A stretch of DNA of 62,476 nucleotides from an uncultured virus (IMG/VR IMGVR_UViG_3300033076_001192) (taxonomy: Duplodnaviria > Heunggongvirae > Uroviricota > Caudoviricetes), in the IMG/VR virus record IMGVR_UViG_3300033076_001192; one strand, written 5' to 3'. The translations under genes and the position numbers were made by a program. Below, piece by piece: positions 39,663 through 48,155 of this stretch. The notes under the pieces were generated by a model. The model was not told the origin of the DNA, did no database searches, and worked only from the letters and a program-made list of their open reading frames with translations. Numbering within the stretch: position 1 is the first letter of the stretch; each line of letters starts with the position of its first letter.

Positions 39663-41093
39663 ATGAGTTATACATTAAGACCAAGACAAAAAATTGCAGT
39701 AGATAAAATAGACAGTTTTATTACAAATTCAAAAAATAATCATGGGATATTTGTTTACCCTACAAGTTTTGGAAAGTCACTTGTAATTGCTAATATTGCA
39801 TCAAAGTATCCTGAAAAATATTTTATAAATGTTACAAACAGTAAAGAGCTTTTGAAACAGAATTATGAGAAATACACTTCTTATGGATTTGAAGCTAATA
39901 TATGTTCTGCATCTTTGGGGGAAGTTGGAGTCGGAAAAGTAACTTTTGCAACGATAGGTACTGTAGTTAAATTTGTAGACTTCTTTAAGGATAAAGATGT
40001 AATTATATTAGATGATGAGTGTCAAGAAGGAAGTGCTTTAGGTTCACAATTACACAGTTTTGTAAAACAATTAAAAAATTACAAATTAGTTGGAGTAACA
40101 GCAACACCTTTTAGATTATCTCAAGGAATGGAAGGTACATCATTAAAAATGATGAATAGAGATAGAAAATGTATTTATAAATCTATTGAAGATGTTGTAC
40201 AAATTTCAGAAGTAGTTGAACAAAGCTATTGGTCAAAAATTATATATGATGTAAAAAATGTCGACGAAGACGATTTAAAACTTAACACTTCAGGTACAGA
40301 ATTTACAGATGAGTCAGTTCAAAAGTTTAAAGAAGTTAATGATATTAACAATAGACTTATAGAAGAAATTCAGGATTTAATTAGTAAAGGTAGAAAATCA
40401 ATTTTAGTATCAGTTCCTTTTATATCAGATGCACAAGAAATTTCATCAAAATTAGACGTTTGTAAGGCTGTTTACAGTGGTATGGACACAAAGGATAGAG
40501 ATAAGATAATTAATGACTTTAAATCGTTAAAATTAAAAGTAGTTGTTCAGTGTAGAATTTTATCTGTTGGGTTTGACCACCCTGAATTAGATGCTATTAT
40601 TATGGCTAAACCCACAAACTCTTTAACTTTTTATTATCAGTATTTAGGTCGCGGAGTTAGAGTACACCCTAGTAAAAAAAATTGTGTAGTTGTAGATTTA
40701 AGTGGTAATTTTAGAAGATTTGGTAAAATTGAAACATTAAGTATAGAAAATAGTGACTTAACTAAAGGTTGGGCAGTATTTAATGAAGATATGCTTTTAA
40801 GTAATTACCCTTTAAATACAAATAACAGACCTACAAAGAAAAGTCTTTTAGCTAAATTAAAAAGAGAGCAAGATAAAACAAGTCTAAATGAAGAAGACGC
40901 GTTATTTTATTTTGGAAAATATAAAGATAAAAAAGTGTCGGATGTAATGAAGGAAAATAAATCTTACCTCACATGGCTTTTAGACCAAAAAGATTTTAAT
41001 TGGTATGGAGAAAATGGAAGAAAGTTAAAACAAAGTATTCAAAAACAATTAGGGGTATTTTTGAACAAGAAGAAAAAGAATATACTAAAATAG
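39663..41093 (+). CDS. Superfamily 2 helicase (RadD/UvsW-like)
   Basis: LRPRQ, PTSFGKS, DECQ, TATPFR, GFDHPELD, QYLGRGVR; C-terminal FGKYK domain. Confidence 0.9.
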   Translation: MSYTLRPRQKIAVDKIDSFITNSKNNHGIFVYPTSFGKSLVIANIASKYPEKYFINVTNSKELLKQNYEKYTSYGFEANICSASLGEVGVGKVTFATIGTVVKFVDFFKDKDVIILDDECQEGSALGSQLHSFVKQLKNYKLVGVTATPFRLSQGMEGTSLKMMNRDRKCIYKSIEDVVQISEVVEQSYWSKIIYDVKNVDEDDLKLNTSGTEFTDESVQKFKEVNDINNRLIEEIQDLISKGRKSILVSVPFISDAQEISSKLDVCKAVYSGMDTKDRDKIINDFKSLKLKVVVQCRILSVGFDHPELDAIIMAKPTNSLTFYYQYLGRGVRVHPSKKNCVVVDLSGNFRRFGKIETLSIENSDLTKGWAVFNEDMLLSNYPLNTNNRPTKKSLLAKLKREQDKTSLNEEDALFYFGKYKDKKVSDVMKENKSYLTWLLDQKDFNWYGENGRKLKQSIQKQLGVFLNKKKKNILK

Positions 41094-41227
41094 GTTTTGG
41101 AAAATATTCTCAAATGACAACTATTGAACTTGTAGCAAATGATAAACGCTATGCAAAATGGTTGTATGAAAATTGCTCGGACGATATAATAAAAAAAGAA
41201 CTAAAGCAATTATTAAAAATAAAATAA
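41000..41227 (+). CDS. Second FGKY-domain, likely the -1 frame continuation of the helicase
   Basis: IGFGKYSQMTT.EL...DKRYAKWL resembles the helicase C-terminal repeat; no convincing own start. Confidence 0.5.
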   Translation: MVWRKWKKVKTKYSKTIRGIFEQEEKEYTKIGFGKYSQMTTIELVANDKRYAKWLYENCSDDIIKKELKQLLKIK

Positions 41228-41428
41228 ATGAGTAATACGTTAAGAAAAGATAAAAACGGAAAGACCTTTAAAGAAAGTTTAAAAAAGAAATGTGGTAGAA
41301 CAAGATGTAGATGTACATACTGTACTAACACAGAATCTAATAAAATTTTTGATAAAATTCTAAATAAAGAACTTAAAAAGCAAATAGAATATGAAACAGA
41401 AAATTGGAGAATTAATCCTTCATCATAA
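41228..41428 (+). CDS. Small basic Cys-containing protein
   Basis: ORF track; CRCTYC motif. Confidence 0.5.
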   Translation: MSNTLRKDKNGKTFKESLKKKCGRTRCRCTYCTNTESNKIFDKILNKELKKQIEYETENWRINPSS

Positions 41429-41594
41429 AACATCATGTGATGAACTTAAAGAGCTTTTAAACGAACTTCACGGGCTAGAAGGTAAAAGTGATAAACAAGA
41501 AGATATTGAAAGCTTAAATAAGATGATAGAGAAATATTCTAATGAATATGCTTGGAGAAAAGTGTTTATATCTCAACTAGAGGATTTACTATAA
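41391..41594 (+). CDS. Hypothetical protein
   Basis: ORF track. Confidence 0.55.
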   Translation: MKQKIGELILHHKTSCDELKELLNELHGLEGKSDKQEDIESLNKMIEKYSNEYAWRKVFISQLEDLL

Positions 41595-41662
41595 CCTTAA
41601 AAAGCTATAAAATACATTTATAGTTAAAATAAGATATAATAATGTTAAATAAATACTAAAAA

Positions 41663-41694
41663 GTTGTAATATTAAAAATATATTATTATATTTG
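41663..41694 (+). promoter_or_regulatory. Sigma-70 promoter
   Basis: GTTG-N20-TATATTTG. Confidence 0.6.
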
Positions 41695-41698
41695 TATA

Positions 41699-42088
41699 AT
41701 GATTAGAAAATATAGTAAAAAAGGTTTAGAAAAACGTAAACTAGAAAGAGAGTGTCTCTCTGAGTTTTTTATACGACATATAAATAAAATAAAAACAGAA
41801 AAATTATGTTGTGTAAACTGTGAAGAAAAGCTAAAAGGAGATGTATCAGAAGTGTGCCACAGGTTGCCAAAATCTACTTTCAAATCAATACAATGTGATG
41901 ATGATAACGCAGTTTATTTAGGTGGAAGATTTAGTAATTGTGGTTGTCATTCTTTATATGATGGTACAAACGAGCAACTTCAATCTTTAAATATTTTTGC
42001 ATCAGAAAAAGAGATAGTAAAAGAATTATTAGAAAAAGTAACAGAAAAATATAATTGGAAAATTTTAGAGCGGTGGATGATAGAATAG
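41699..42088 (+). CDS. HNH-like (NinG/Rap-like) nuclease
   Basis: CVNC...CHRLPKS...N...CH..YD. Confidence 0.55.
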   Translation: MIRKYSKKGLEKRKLERECLSEFFIRHINKIKTEKLCCVNCEEKLKGDVSEVCHRLPKSTFKSIQCDDDNAVYLGGRFSNCGCHSLYDGTNEQLQSLNIFASEKEIVKELLEKVTEKYNWKILERWMIE

Positions 42089-42855
42089 ATAATAAACATA
42101 TACTAAAAGCTAAAGAAAGGTTGGGTAAAATTTTTATTTCGACTCAAGGATTAGCTATGGAAATTATTGATTATGTAGACTCAATGAATTGTTCTGTAAA
42201 ATTTGAAGATGGAACTATTGTTAACAATTTACAATATAATCAAATAAAAGTAGGGTATGTAAAAAACCCATTTTTTGCCTCAACTTATGGACAAGGTTAT
42301 ATTGGAATAGGAAATAATATAACTCATATAAAGGGTAAAAAAGTAAAAGCTTATTCTAAGTGGGTTGGTATGTTAGAGAGATGTTACTCTGAAAAATATC
42401 ATGTTAAAAACCCAATTTATAAAGAGTGTGCCGTATCTAATGAGTGGAAATGCTTTCAAAATTTTGCAGAATGGTTTAACTTAAATTATAACCCTAACTT
42501 TATGTTTGATTGGGAATTAGATAAAGACATTTTAGTAAAAGGTAATAAAGTTTACAGCTCTGAAACCTGTTGTTTTGTACCTAAAGAGATAAACATGCTA
42601 CTATCTTTTAATAAAAATAAAGAACGTGAATTACCACTAGGAGTTTCAAAACATAAAGACCTTTATAAAGTTTATTGCAGAGTAAACAATAAAAATAAAT
42701 TTTTAGGTTTGTTTAGCACTCCTGAAGAAGCTTTCCAAGCATATAAAACTGAAAAAGAAGCTTATATTAAAGAAGTAGCTGATAAATATGAAAATTTAAT
42801 CAGTCAAAAAGTATACAAATCATTATATAATTATAAAATAGAAATAACAGATTAA
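42055..42855 (+). CDS. Homing endonuclease (HNH-type with AP2-like C-terminus)
   Basis: W.GMLERCY, W..FQNFAEW, LDKDIL..GNKVYS.ETCCFVP, LPLGV, LG.F.TPEEAF.AYK. Confidence 0.8.
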   Translation: MENFRAVDDRIDNKHILKAKERLGKIFISTQGLAMEIIDYVDSMNCSVKFEDGTIVNNLQYNQIKVGYVKNPFFASTYGQGYIGIGNNITHIKGKKVKAYSKWVGMLERCYSEKYHVKNPIYKECAVSNEWKCFQNFAEWFNLNYNPNFMFDWELDKDILVKGNKVYSSETCCFVPKEINMLLSFNKNKERELPLGVSKHKDLYKVYCRVNNKNKFLGLFSTPEEAFQAYKTEKEAYIKEVADKYENLISQKVYKSLYNYKIEITD

Positions 42856-42867
42856 ATATATTAAATT

Positions 42868-43848
42868 ATGCCCACATTAGAAGAAACACTGAAGAAATTC
42901 AATAAAGGTAAAGAAAACGACTCTGTTGTCCAGATGGCAGATAAAACAAATTTAAAAAAGAAAACTACTTCGACAGGAAGTCCTTACTTAGATTTACTTA
43001 CAGGTGGTGGGCATGCTCAAGGTGGTTTTAATTTAATTGTAGCAGATGGAGGAACAGGTAAAAGTTCAAAAGCATTATTAGCTATTAAAGAAGAACAGCA
43101 AGCCACAGGAAGAATTGGAGTGTACTATGACGGAGAAGGTACTTTAGAAGATTCTTATATTGAAAGAATGGGGGTTAATAGAAGTAAATTACTTGTTGTT
43201 AGAGGAAGAAATTTAGAAGAGATGTTAGACTCAGTTGAACTTTTTTCTAAGGCGGATGATGTGGGTGTAATTGTGTTAGATTCTATTCCAATTTTTGTTT
43301 CTTCTGTAGTAGAAGCTAAATCAGCAGGAGATAATAATATGGCTGTAGAAGCACGTAAATATACAGCACGTATGCCAATTATTGAGGCAAATTGTATGCA
43401 AAGAAATATTACTCTTCTTGGTCTTACATCGTATAAATTAGACCCAGGAGCTATGGGAGACCCTAGAAAACTTCCACGAGGTTTATGGCAATATACAATG
43501 GCAAATTTGATTTTAGATATTACTAAAAAAGAACAAATTAAAGATGATTTAAAAAGACCTATCGGACATGTATTAGATGTAAGAATAAAAAAATCAAAAT
43601 TAGCTCCTTACAATCCTAAAGATGTTTTCTCTGTTAATTTTTATTATGAAGGTGGATATAATAAAATTGAAGAGTATGTACTATTACTTTTAGAAAAAGG
43701 TATCATTCATCAAGGTGGTGGTGGAAATTACACTTATCCAAACAGAGACGGGGAAGAACTGAAAGCAAGAGGTAAAGACGTTCTAATGGATGATTTAAAA
43801 AATGATAAAGATACAATGGACTACTTAATTACTTTATTAAATGATTAA
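42868..43848 (+). CDS. recA: RecA/UvsX recombinase
   Basis: STGSPYLDLLTGGG, Walker A ADGGTGKS, YYDGEG, IVLDS, KSKLAPY. Confidence 0.9.
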   Translation: MPTLEETLKKFNKGKENDSVVQMADKTNLKKKTTSTGSPYLDLLTGGGHAQGGFNLIVADGGTGKSSKALLAIKEEQQATGRIGVYYDGEGTLEDSYIERMGVNRSKLLVVRGRNLEEMLDSVELFSKADDVGVIVLDSIPIFVSSVVEAKSAGDNNMAVEARKYTARMPIIEANCMQRNITLLGLTSYKLDPGAMGDPRKLPRGLWQYTMANLILDITKKEQIKDDLKRPIGHVLDVRIKKSKLAPYNPKDVFSVNFYYEGGYNKIEEYVLLLLEKGIIHQGGGGNYTYPNRDGEELKARGKDVLMDDLKNDKDTMDYLITLLND

Positions 43849-44284
43849 ACCATTAGAAGATATTATTCAAGAGTATGAAGACCTTAGAGAAAACTTTAAG
43901 GTCTTTACAAAAAATAGTGAAGATAATAAAAATACTTTATTAGAATACCAACACAGATTTATTGATTTAAAAGCCGATTTAAGACATTGGCATAAAACTG
44001 TAGGTGCTGAGTATGCTAGAAGAGACGATAAGAACGCTACAGGAATAAAGTATAGAATTGCCGTTGCCATATCTGAAGGTAATTTTAAAGATGAAGAAGG
44101 TAGATTAATATACGATAAATGCTCTTTAAGTCAAGCTGAAAAATTGGCGGCAGGAAGTGAGAAATATAAAGAATTTTTACAACAAAGAACTTTTTACAAA
44201 GAATCTTATATTAACATTTCAGATTTAAGAGAAGAAATATCTAATTATATTGTATTAACAAGAGACAGATTAAACAATCAATAG
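43841..44284 (+). CDS. Helical protein, possibly a UvsY-like recombination mediator
   Basis: About 150-aa coiled coil overlapping the recA stop; SQAEKLA motif. Confidence 0.35.
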   Translation: MIKPLEDIIQEYEDLRENFKVFTKNSEDNKNTLLEYQHRFIDLKADLRHWHKTVGAEYARRDDKNATGIKYRIAVAISEGNFKDEEGRLIYDKCSLSQAEKLAAGSEKYKEFLQQRTFYKESYINISDLREEISNYIVLTRDRLNNQ

Positions 44285-44359
44285 AAAAGAAGTAAGAGAA
44301 GCGATAGAGAGTGTTAAAAATTCAGAAGTTATAAGACAAATTATTAAAAAACATAGAAT

Positions 44360-44722
44360 ATGTGGAAGAAATCAAAATATGAATTACCTTACGATGATAA
44401 AGAGGTATTATGTGTTGTAAGGAATTATCTAGAACCTCACTGGTTAAAAAGAGAATTAGGTTCTTACATTGACAATAAATGGTATCTAGAAAACGGGTAT
44501 AACAGTAAAGAAAGTGAAATTATAAAGTGGTGCGAAATACCTGAAGATAACGATTTAAGAACTTCTGAGGAGTGGAATAAAATTTATAATAGAATTATTA
44601 CAGACCCTGATGGGTTGGATACAAGTAATTTTCAATATAGCTATTTTGAAGAAAAGATAACAGAAGAAGAGTTTACAAGAAGATTATTGCATTCAACACA
44701 ATTTCTCTACAATAAAAAATGA
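44360..44722 (+). CDS. Hypothetical protein (DUF551-like N-terminus)
   Basis: W....ELP....EVL...W..IPE pattern. Confidence 0.5.
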   Translation: MWKKSKYELPYDDKEVLCVVRNYLEPHWLKRELGSYIDNKWYLENGYNSKESEIIKWCEIPEDNDLRTSEEWNKIYNRIITDPDGLDTSNFQYSYFEEKITEEEFTRRLLHSTQFLYNKK

Positions 44723-44880
44723 CAGAATCAGAATACTTCAAATCAAATAAATTCAAAGAAGATTTCCGCAAAAAAGTAGAAGAAGATACTTGGGAAAAAG
44801 GAAAACCAATGATTTATATTGATGATAGTGGAAACATAGTAGAACATTGGAAAGATGGAACAATTAAAATAGTTAAATAG
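44719..44880 (+). CDS. Small hypothetical protein (53 aa)
   Basis: Manual translation MTESEYFKSNKFKEDFRKKVEEDTWEKGKPMIYIDDSGNIVEHWKDGTIKIVK. Confidence 0.6.
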   Translation: MTESEYFKSNKFKEDFRKKVEEDTWEKGKPMIYIDDSGNIVEHWKDGTIKIVK

Positions 44881-44881
44881 T

Positions 44882-45115
44882 ATGGAGAACATTAATACAA
44901 TAAAGTTTTTTATATTCATTATAATATTATTTTCAATTATTACTGCAATTTTAATAAATAGCTTAGTAGCTGGTTATAAATTAAAAGAGCAAAAATTGAC
45001 CCTTATAATAGATGAAATACTTAAAGAAAATCACGAATTAAAAGTATATAAAGCTAAAAAAGAATTCAGTGCTAAAACAATCAATAAACTAAAAAATGCA
45101 ACCAAAGAAAAGTAA
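44882..45115 (+). CDS. Small membrane protein
   Basis: N-terminal TM helix. Confidence 0.55.
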   Translation: MENINTIKFFIFIIILFSIITAILINSLVAGYKLKEQKLTLIIDEILKENHELKVYKAKKEFSAKTINKLKNATKEK

Positions 45116-45509
45116 AACTGAAAAAGCAATATGGACTTATCAAGGCAAAAAAGATTTTGAAGTCCCTGAATCAGCAATAGGGTTTGTATATAGAATAGAT
45201 GTAATTGGAACTCCTTTTTATTACTATGGAAAAAAGAATTTAACTTCTACTCGTGGGCGGGGGAAAAAGAAAGTAACAAAAGAATCAACTTGGAGAACTT
45301 ACGAATCCTCATCTAAAGAGATTAAAGAACTTATAAAGGCGGGTAAAAAAATAAAAAAAGAGATACTTGAATTTGCATATAGTAAAAGTGAATTAACACT
45401 TTTAGAAACAAAATACATAGTCTGTAATAACTGCATAGAAGATGAGAACTCTTTGAACAGATGGATTTATTGCAGGGTATATCAGAAACATGTTTTAGCA
45501 GGAAAATAA
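45096..45509 (+). CDS. GIY-YIG family nuclease
   Basis: GFVYRI...YYYGKK, WRTYESS, KEIL..., LE, N.WI. Confidence 0.7.
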   Translation: MQPKKSKTEKAIWTYQGKKDFEVPESAIGFVYRIDVIGTPFYYYGKKNLTSTRGRGKKKVTKESTWRTYESSSKEIKELIKAGKKIKKEILEFAYSKSELTLLETKYIVCNNCIEDENSLNRWIYCRVYQKHVLAGK

Positions 45510-45524
45510 TTTATAAATAATTTT

Positions 45525-46286
45525 ATGACACAAAAGAAATCGCCACCAAAAAGAGAGGTTAAAAAACAAGCAAAAGTAGTTGAACATACATTGACAGCAA
45601 GTAAATTAGAATCAGTTAGTACTAAAAACTCAGATAATTTTAAATTAGAACTTACAGATATTCAAAAACCTATTGTCAATCTACACAGACAGAATGATAT
45701 AATGATTCTAACAGGTGCACCAGGAACAGGTAAGGATTTTATGCAAATTTATAGGGCTATATCAGGTTTGATAAGTAAAGAGTTTGAAGAAGTTATTTTT
45801 ATGCGCACAATTTTAGAGGCTACGAGTTCTAAATTGGGTTTCCTTAAAGGAGATGAAGATAGCAAGCTCCAGCCCTATTTAGAAGTTTTTCAAGAACATG
45901 TTAAATCAATGGTAAAACCCCATGTTTATGAGAGAATTAAAAATAAAATTCGTTTTGAATATCCAGGATTTATTCGTGGAAAAACTTTTGGAGGAAACGA
46001 CAAAGGAAACGTTTGTGTTGTGTTAACAGAGGCACAAAATTGCGAATTAAAAGAATTAGTTACTATCAGTACTCGTATGGCTGAAGGTTCTAAATTATAT
46101 TTAAATGGTGATTTTTTTCAAAGTGATATTGGTAGTAAATCAGGATTAAAAGTTTTTATAGAACTTGTAAAAAATATTGAAGGTGTTGGTTACGAAGAGT
46201 TGGATGATACTTTCCAAATGAGAGGTAGACTCGTGCAAGAAATAGATACAGCTTATAGAAAATACTTAAACACTAAAAATAAGTAA
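45525..46286 (+). CDS. phoH: PhoH-like ATPase
   Basis: GAPGTGKD, LGFLKG, FIRGKTF, EAQN, GDFFQSD. Confidence 0.9.
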   Translation: MTQKKSPPKREVKKQAKVVEHTLTASKLESVSTKNSDNFKLELTDIQKPIVNLHRQNDIMILTGAPGTGKDFMQIYRAISGLISKEFEEVIFMRTILEATSSKLGFLKGDEDSKLQPYLEVFQEHVKSMVKPHVYERIKNKIRFEYPGFIRGKTFGGNDKGNVCVVLTEAQNCELKELVTISTRMAEGSKLYLNGDFFQSDIGSKSGLKVFIELVKNIEGVGYEELDDTFQMRGRLVQEIDTAYRKYLNTKNK

Positions 46287-46287
46287 A

Positions 46288-46941
46288 ATGGTTTATTTTG
46301 TAAAAGCAGGGGATTATATAAAAATAGGATATAGTAAAAATGAAAAAGCTTTTAAAACAAGATTATCTTCTTATAAAACAAGTTGTCCATTTGAAGTTGA
46401 AGTATTAGGTACTTTAGATGGCGGAGTTGAAGAAGAAAGGAATATAATGAATTATTTTATAAAATTTCACACAAGGGGTGAGTGGTTCAATTACGATGAG
46501 AGTATTGAAAATTTTGCAAAGAACCCTTACGAAATACCAAAATCTAATTACTTAAAACCTCTACACAGCACAAATAAAAAAGTAGATGAAAACATAGAGG
46601 AAATATTAAAACTATACAAGGAGGGAGTATCATTAAGAGTTATAGAAGATATTTTTAAAATAAGTAGAAAAAGATTAACAAAGTATATACCTGACGACCT
46701 AAGAAGGGCTAAGAATGAGTGGTTTAGATTAAGAAGACAGGAGACAAATCCAAAAAATATTCCTATAATTTGTATAACAACAGGAGAGAAGTTTATAAGT
46801 ACTGCTGAAGCAAGTAGAAAATTAGGAGTGACTCATGGTTGTATATGGAGAGTTTTAAATGGTAAAAGAGCTCATACTAAAGGATTAGTTTTTATGTACT
46901 ATAGTGATTTTTTAGAAAAAGAAGAAAATAATCCAAAATAA
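46288..46941 (+). CDS. GIY-YIG (T5orf172-like) homing endonuclease with NUMOD1-like HTH
   Basis: VYF...IKIGYS, RL..., RGEWF; C-terminal F.S..EASRKLG...I...L.GKR..TKG..F.Y. Confidence 0.8.
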   Translation: MVYFVKAGDYIKIGYSKNEKAFKTRLSSYKTSCPFEVEVLGTLDGGVEEERNIMNYFIKFHTRGEWFNYDESIENFAKNPYEIPKSNYLKPLHSTNKKVDENIEEILKLYKEGVSLRVIEDIFKISRKRLTKYIPDDLRRAKNEWFRLRRQETNPKNIPIICITTGEKFISTAEASRKLGVTHGCIWRVLNGKRAHTKGLVFMYYSDFLEKEENNPK

Positions 46942-46942
46942 A

Positions 46943-46974
46943 TTTGCATAATTAAAAAATAGTTTGTATATTTG
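46943..46974 (+). promoter_or_regulatory. Sigma-70 promoter driving RNA island 2
   Basis: TTTG-N20-TATATTTG. Confidence 0.75.
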
Positions 46975-47107
46975 CAGAAGAAATAAGAAGAGAACTATTA
47001 AATACACCTTAGTTGGTAGTAAATAGTAAACGTCATACTTCTTATTTTTTCTGTTTATTTAACTTTTTGGCGGAAAATAATTAAATCAAAGATTTACAGA
47101 AGGAAAA

Positions 47108-47301
47108 GCGGGCTTATCTACGATTGTAGCTTTAAAAGGGAGTAGAGGGTTTAATTAATTAACGGTTAAACAACCCTTAGAATAGTATTCTTTGGCTGAC
47201 CTCTATTGCGTGTGTAACAGTGCGTGTTAAAGGAGGTTTATTAAAATGTGTTGCTTTAAAAGTGCGTCAAAGAAAGATTAGATAGTAACGTAAGATACCG
47301 C
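47108..47301 (+). ncRNA. Putative ~195-nt multi-stem RNA
   Basis: Closing stem GCGG..TATCT.ACG/CGT.AGATA.CCGC; inner stems TTCTTTGGC/GTCAAAGAA and ACCTCT/GGAGGT. Confidence 0.5.
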
Positions 47302-47392
47302 CTGATACAACACAAAATAAAAGGTGCTACTCGCTGTCGATATTCGGCAGTATTAGGATTGTAGTTAAATGGTAGTTCATTTAGCCTTTGGT

Positions 47393-47520
47393 TAGGTTTG
47401 TTGGCGAGTATTCCGTTCGATTCGGGTTAGTTTGGAACTGTGTGGTTCGAGTCCACGTTAAAAAAGTTGGCATCAAATAGGAAGATATTCCGCTCAGAGG
47501 TTCGACTCCTCTAAACCTAC
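47393..47520 (+). ncRNA. tRNA-like RNA with three T-loop hairpins
   Basis: Acceptor-like TAGGTTT/AAACCTA, canonical T-arm AGAGG-TTCGACT-CCTCT, and two further GTTCGA hairpins. Confidence 0.55.
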
Positions 47521-47600
47521 AAAATATAGTTGTAACAAATGCCTGTACTAAAATGTGCACTAAAAATCAGGGATGTGTCGGTAATGACGTACCATAAAGA

Positions 47601-47674
47601 GGTTCTTTAGCTCAGTTGGTTAGAGCATCTGACTCATAATCAGAAGGTCACAGGTTCAAGACCTGTAAGAACCA
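47601..47674 (+). tRNA. tRNA with CAT anticodon (elongator Met or Ile2)
   Basis: Full cloverleaf GGTTCTT/AAGAACC, GCTC/GAGC, TCTGA-CTCATAA-TCAGA, ACAGG-TTCAAGA-CCTGT; CCA not encoded. Confidence 0.93.
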
Positions 47675-47825
47675 CAACATTCACTTGATTCTCTTATAGT
47701 AAAGTGAAGGACATCGGAGTCAAGAGAGCTCTCGGATGGAGCGTCATGCTACGAAAAGCATGTGAGGGTACGGAAGAGCAGACGTGTATACCAAGTGCAA
47801 CCCCTCATTTTTAAATTATTAAATT

Positions 47826-48038
47826 ATGATGAACTTTTATTATGACCCTGTCTTAGGACTACGGTACGATTCTTTAGGAGAATTATTTATTATTGATTTA
47901 GATTGCATTCCTCAAGATATTAAATTTGATACAGAATATTGGATAAAGTATATTAAACAAACTAGTGTTCAAATAGTAAAACCTTTCTCTGAGTCATGTG
48001 TACAAATTGTCGGACAAATAACACAATATAAATTATGA
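47826..48038 (+). CDS. Hypothetical protein
   Basis: ORF track. Confidence 0.55.
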   Translation: MMNFYYDPVLGLRYDSLGELFIIDLDCIPQDIKFDTEYWIKYIKQTSVQIVKPFSESCVQIVGQITQYKL

Positions 48039-48155
48039 AAACAACAGGAGGTTTCATTTATCACATTGACGGAGAAAAGGTAAAAGACTTTGACACGTTT
48101 GAAAAGAAAATTAATAAATTAGAAATTAAAGAAATAATAGTAAACGGATTAAAAA

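Noticed and set aside
47354..47430. tRNA-Gln(TTG) starting TAGGATTGTAGTTAAATGGTAG
   Set aside because: The D-stem, anticodon stem and acceptor do not pair properly; at best a degenerate relic.
47100..47520. tmRNA
   Set aside because: The acceptor stem lacks the GGGG start and G3:U70 alanine identity, and no tag reading frame was recognised.
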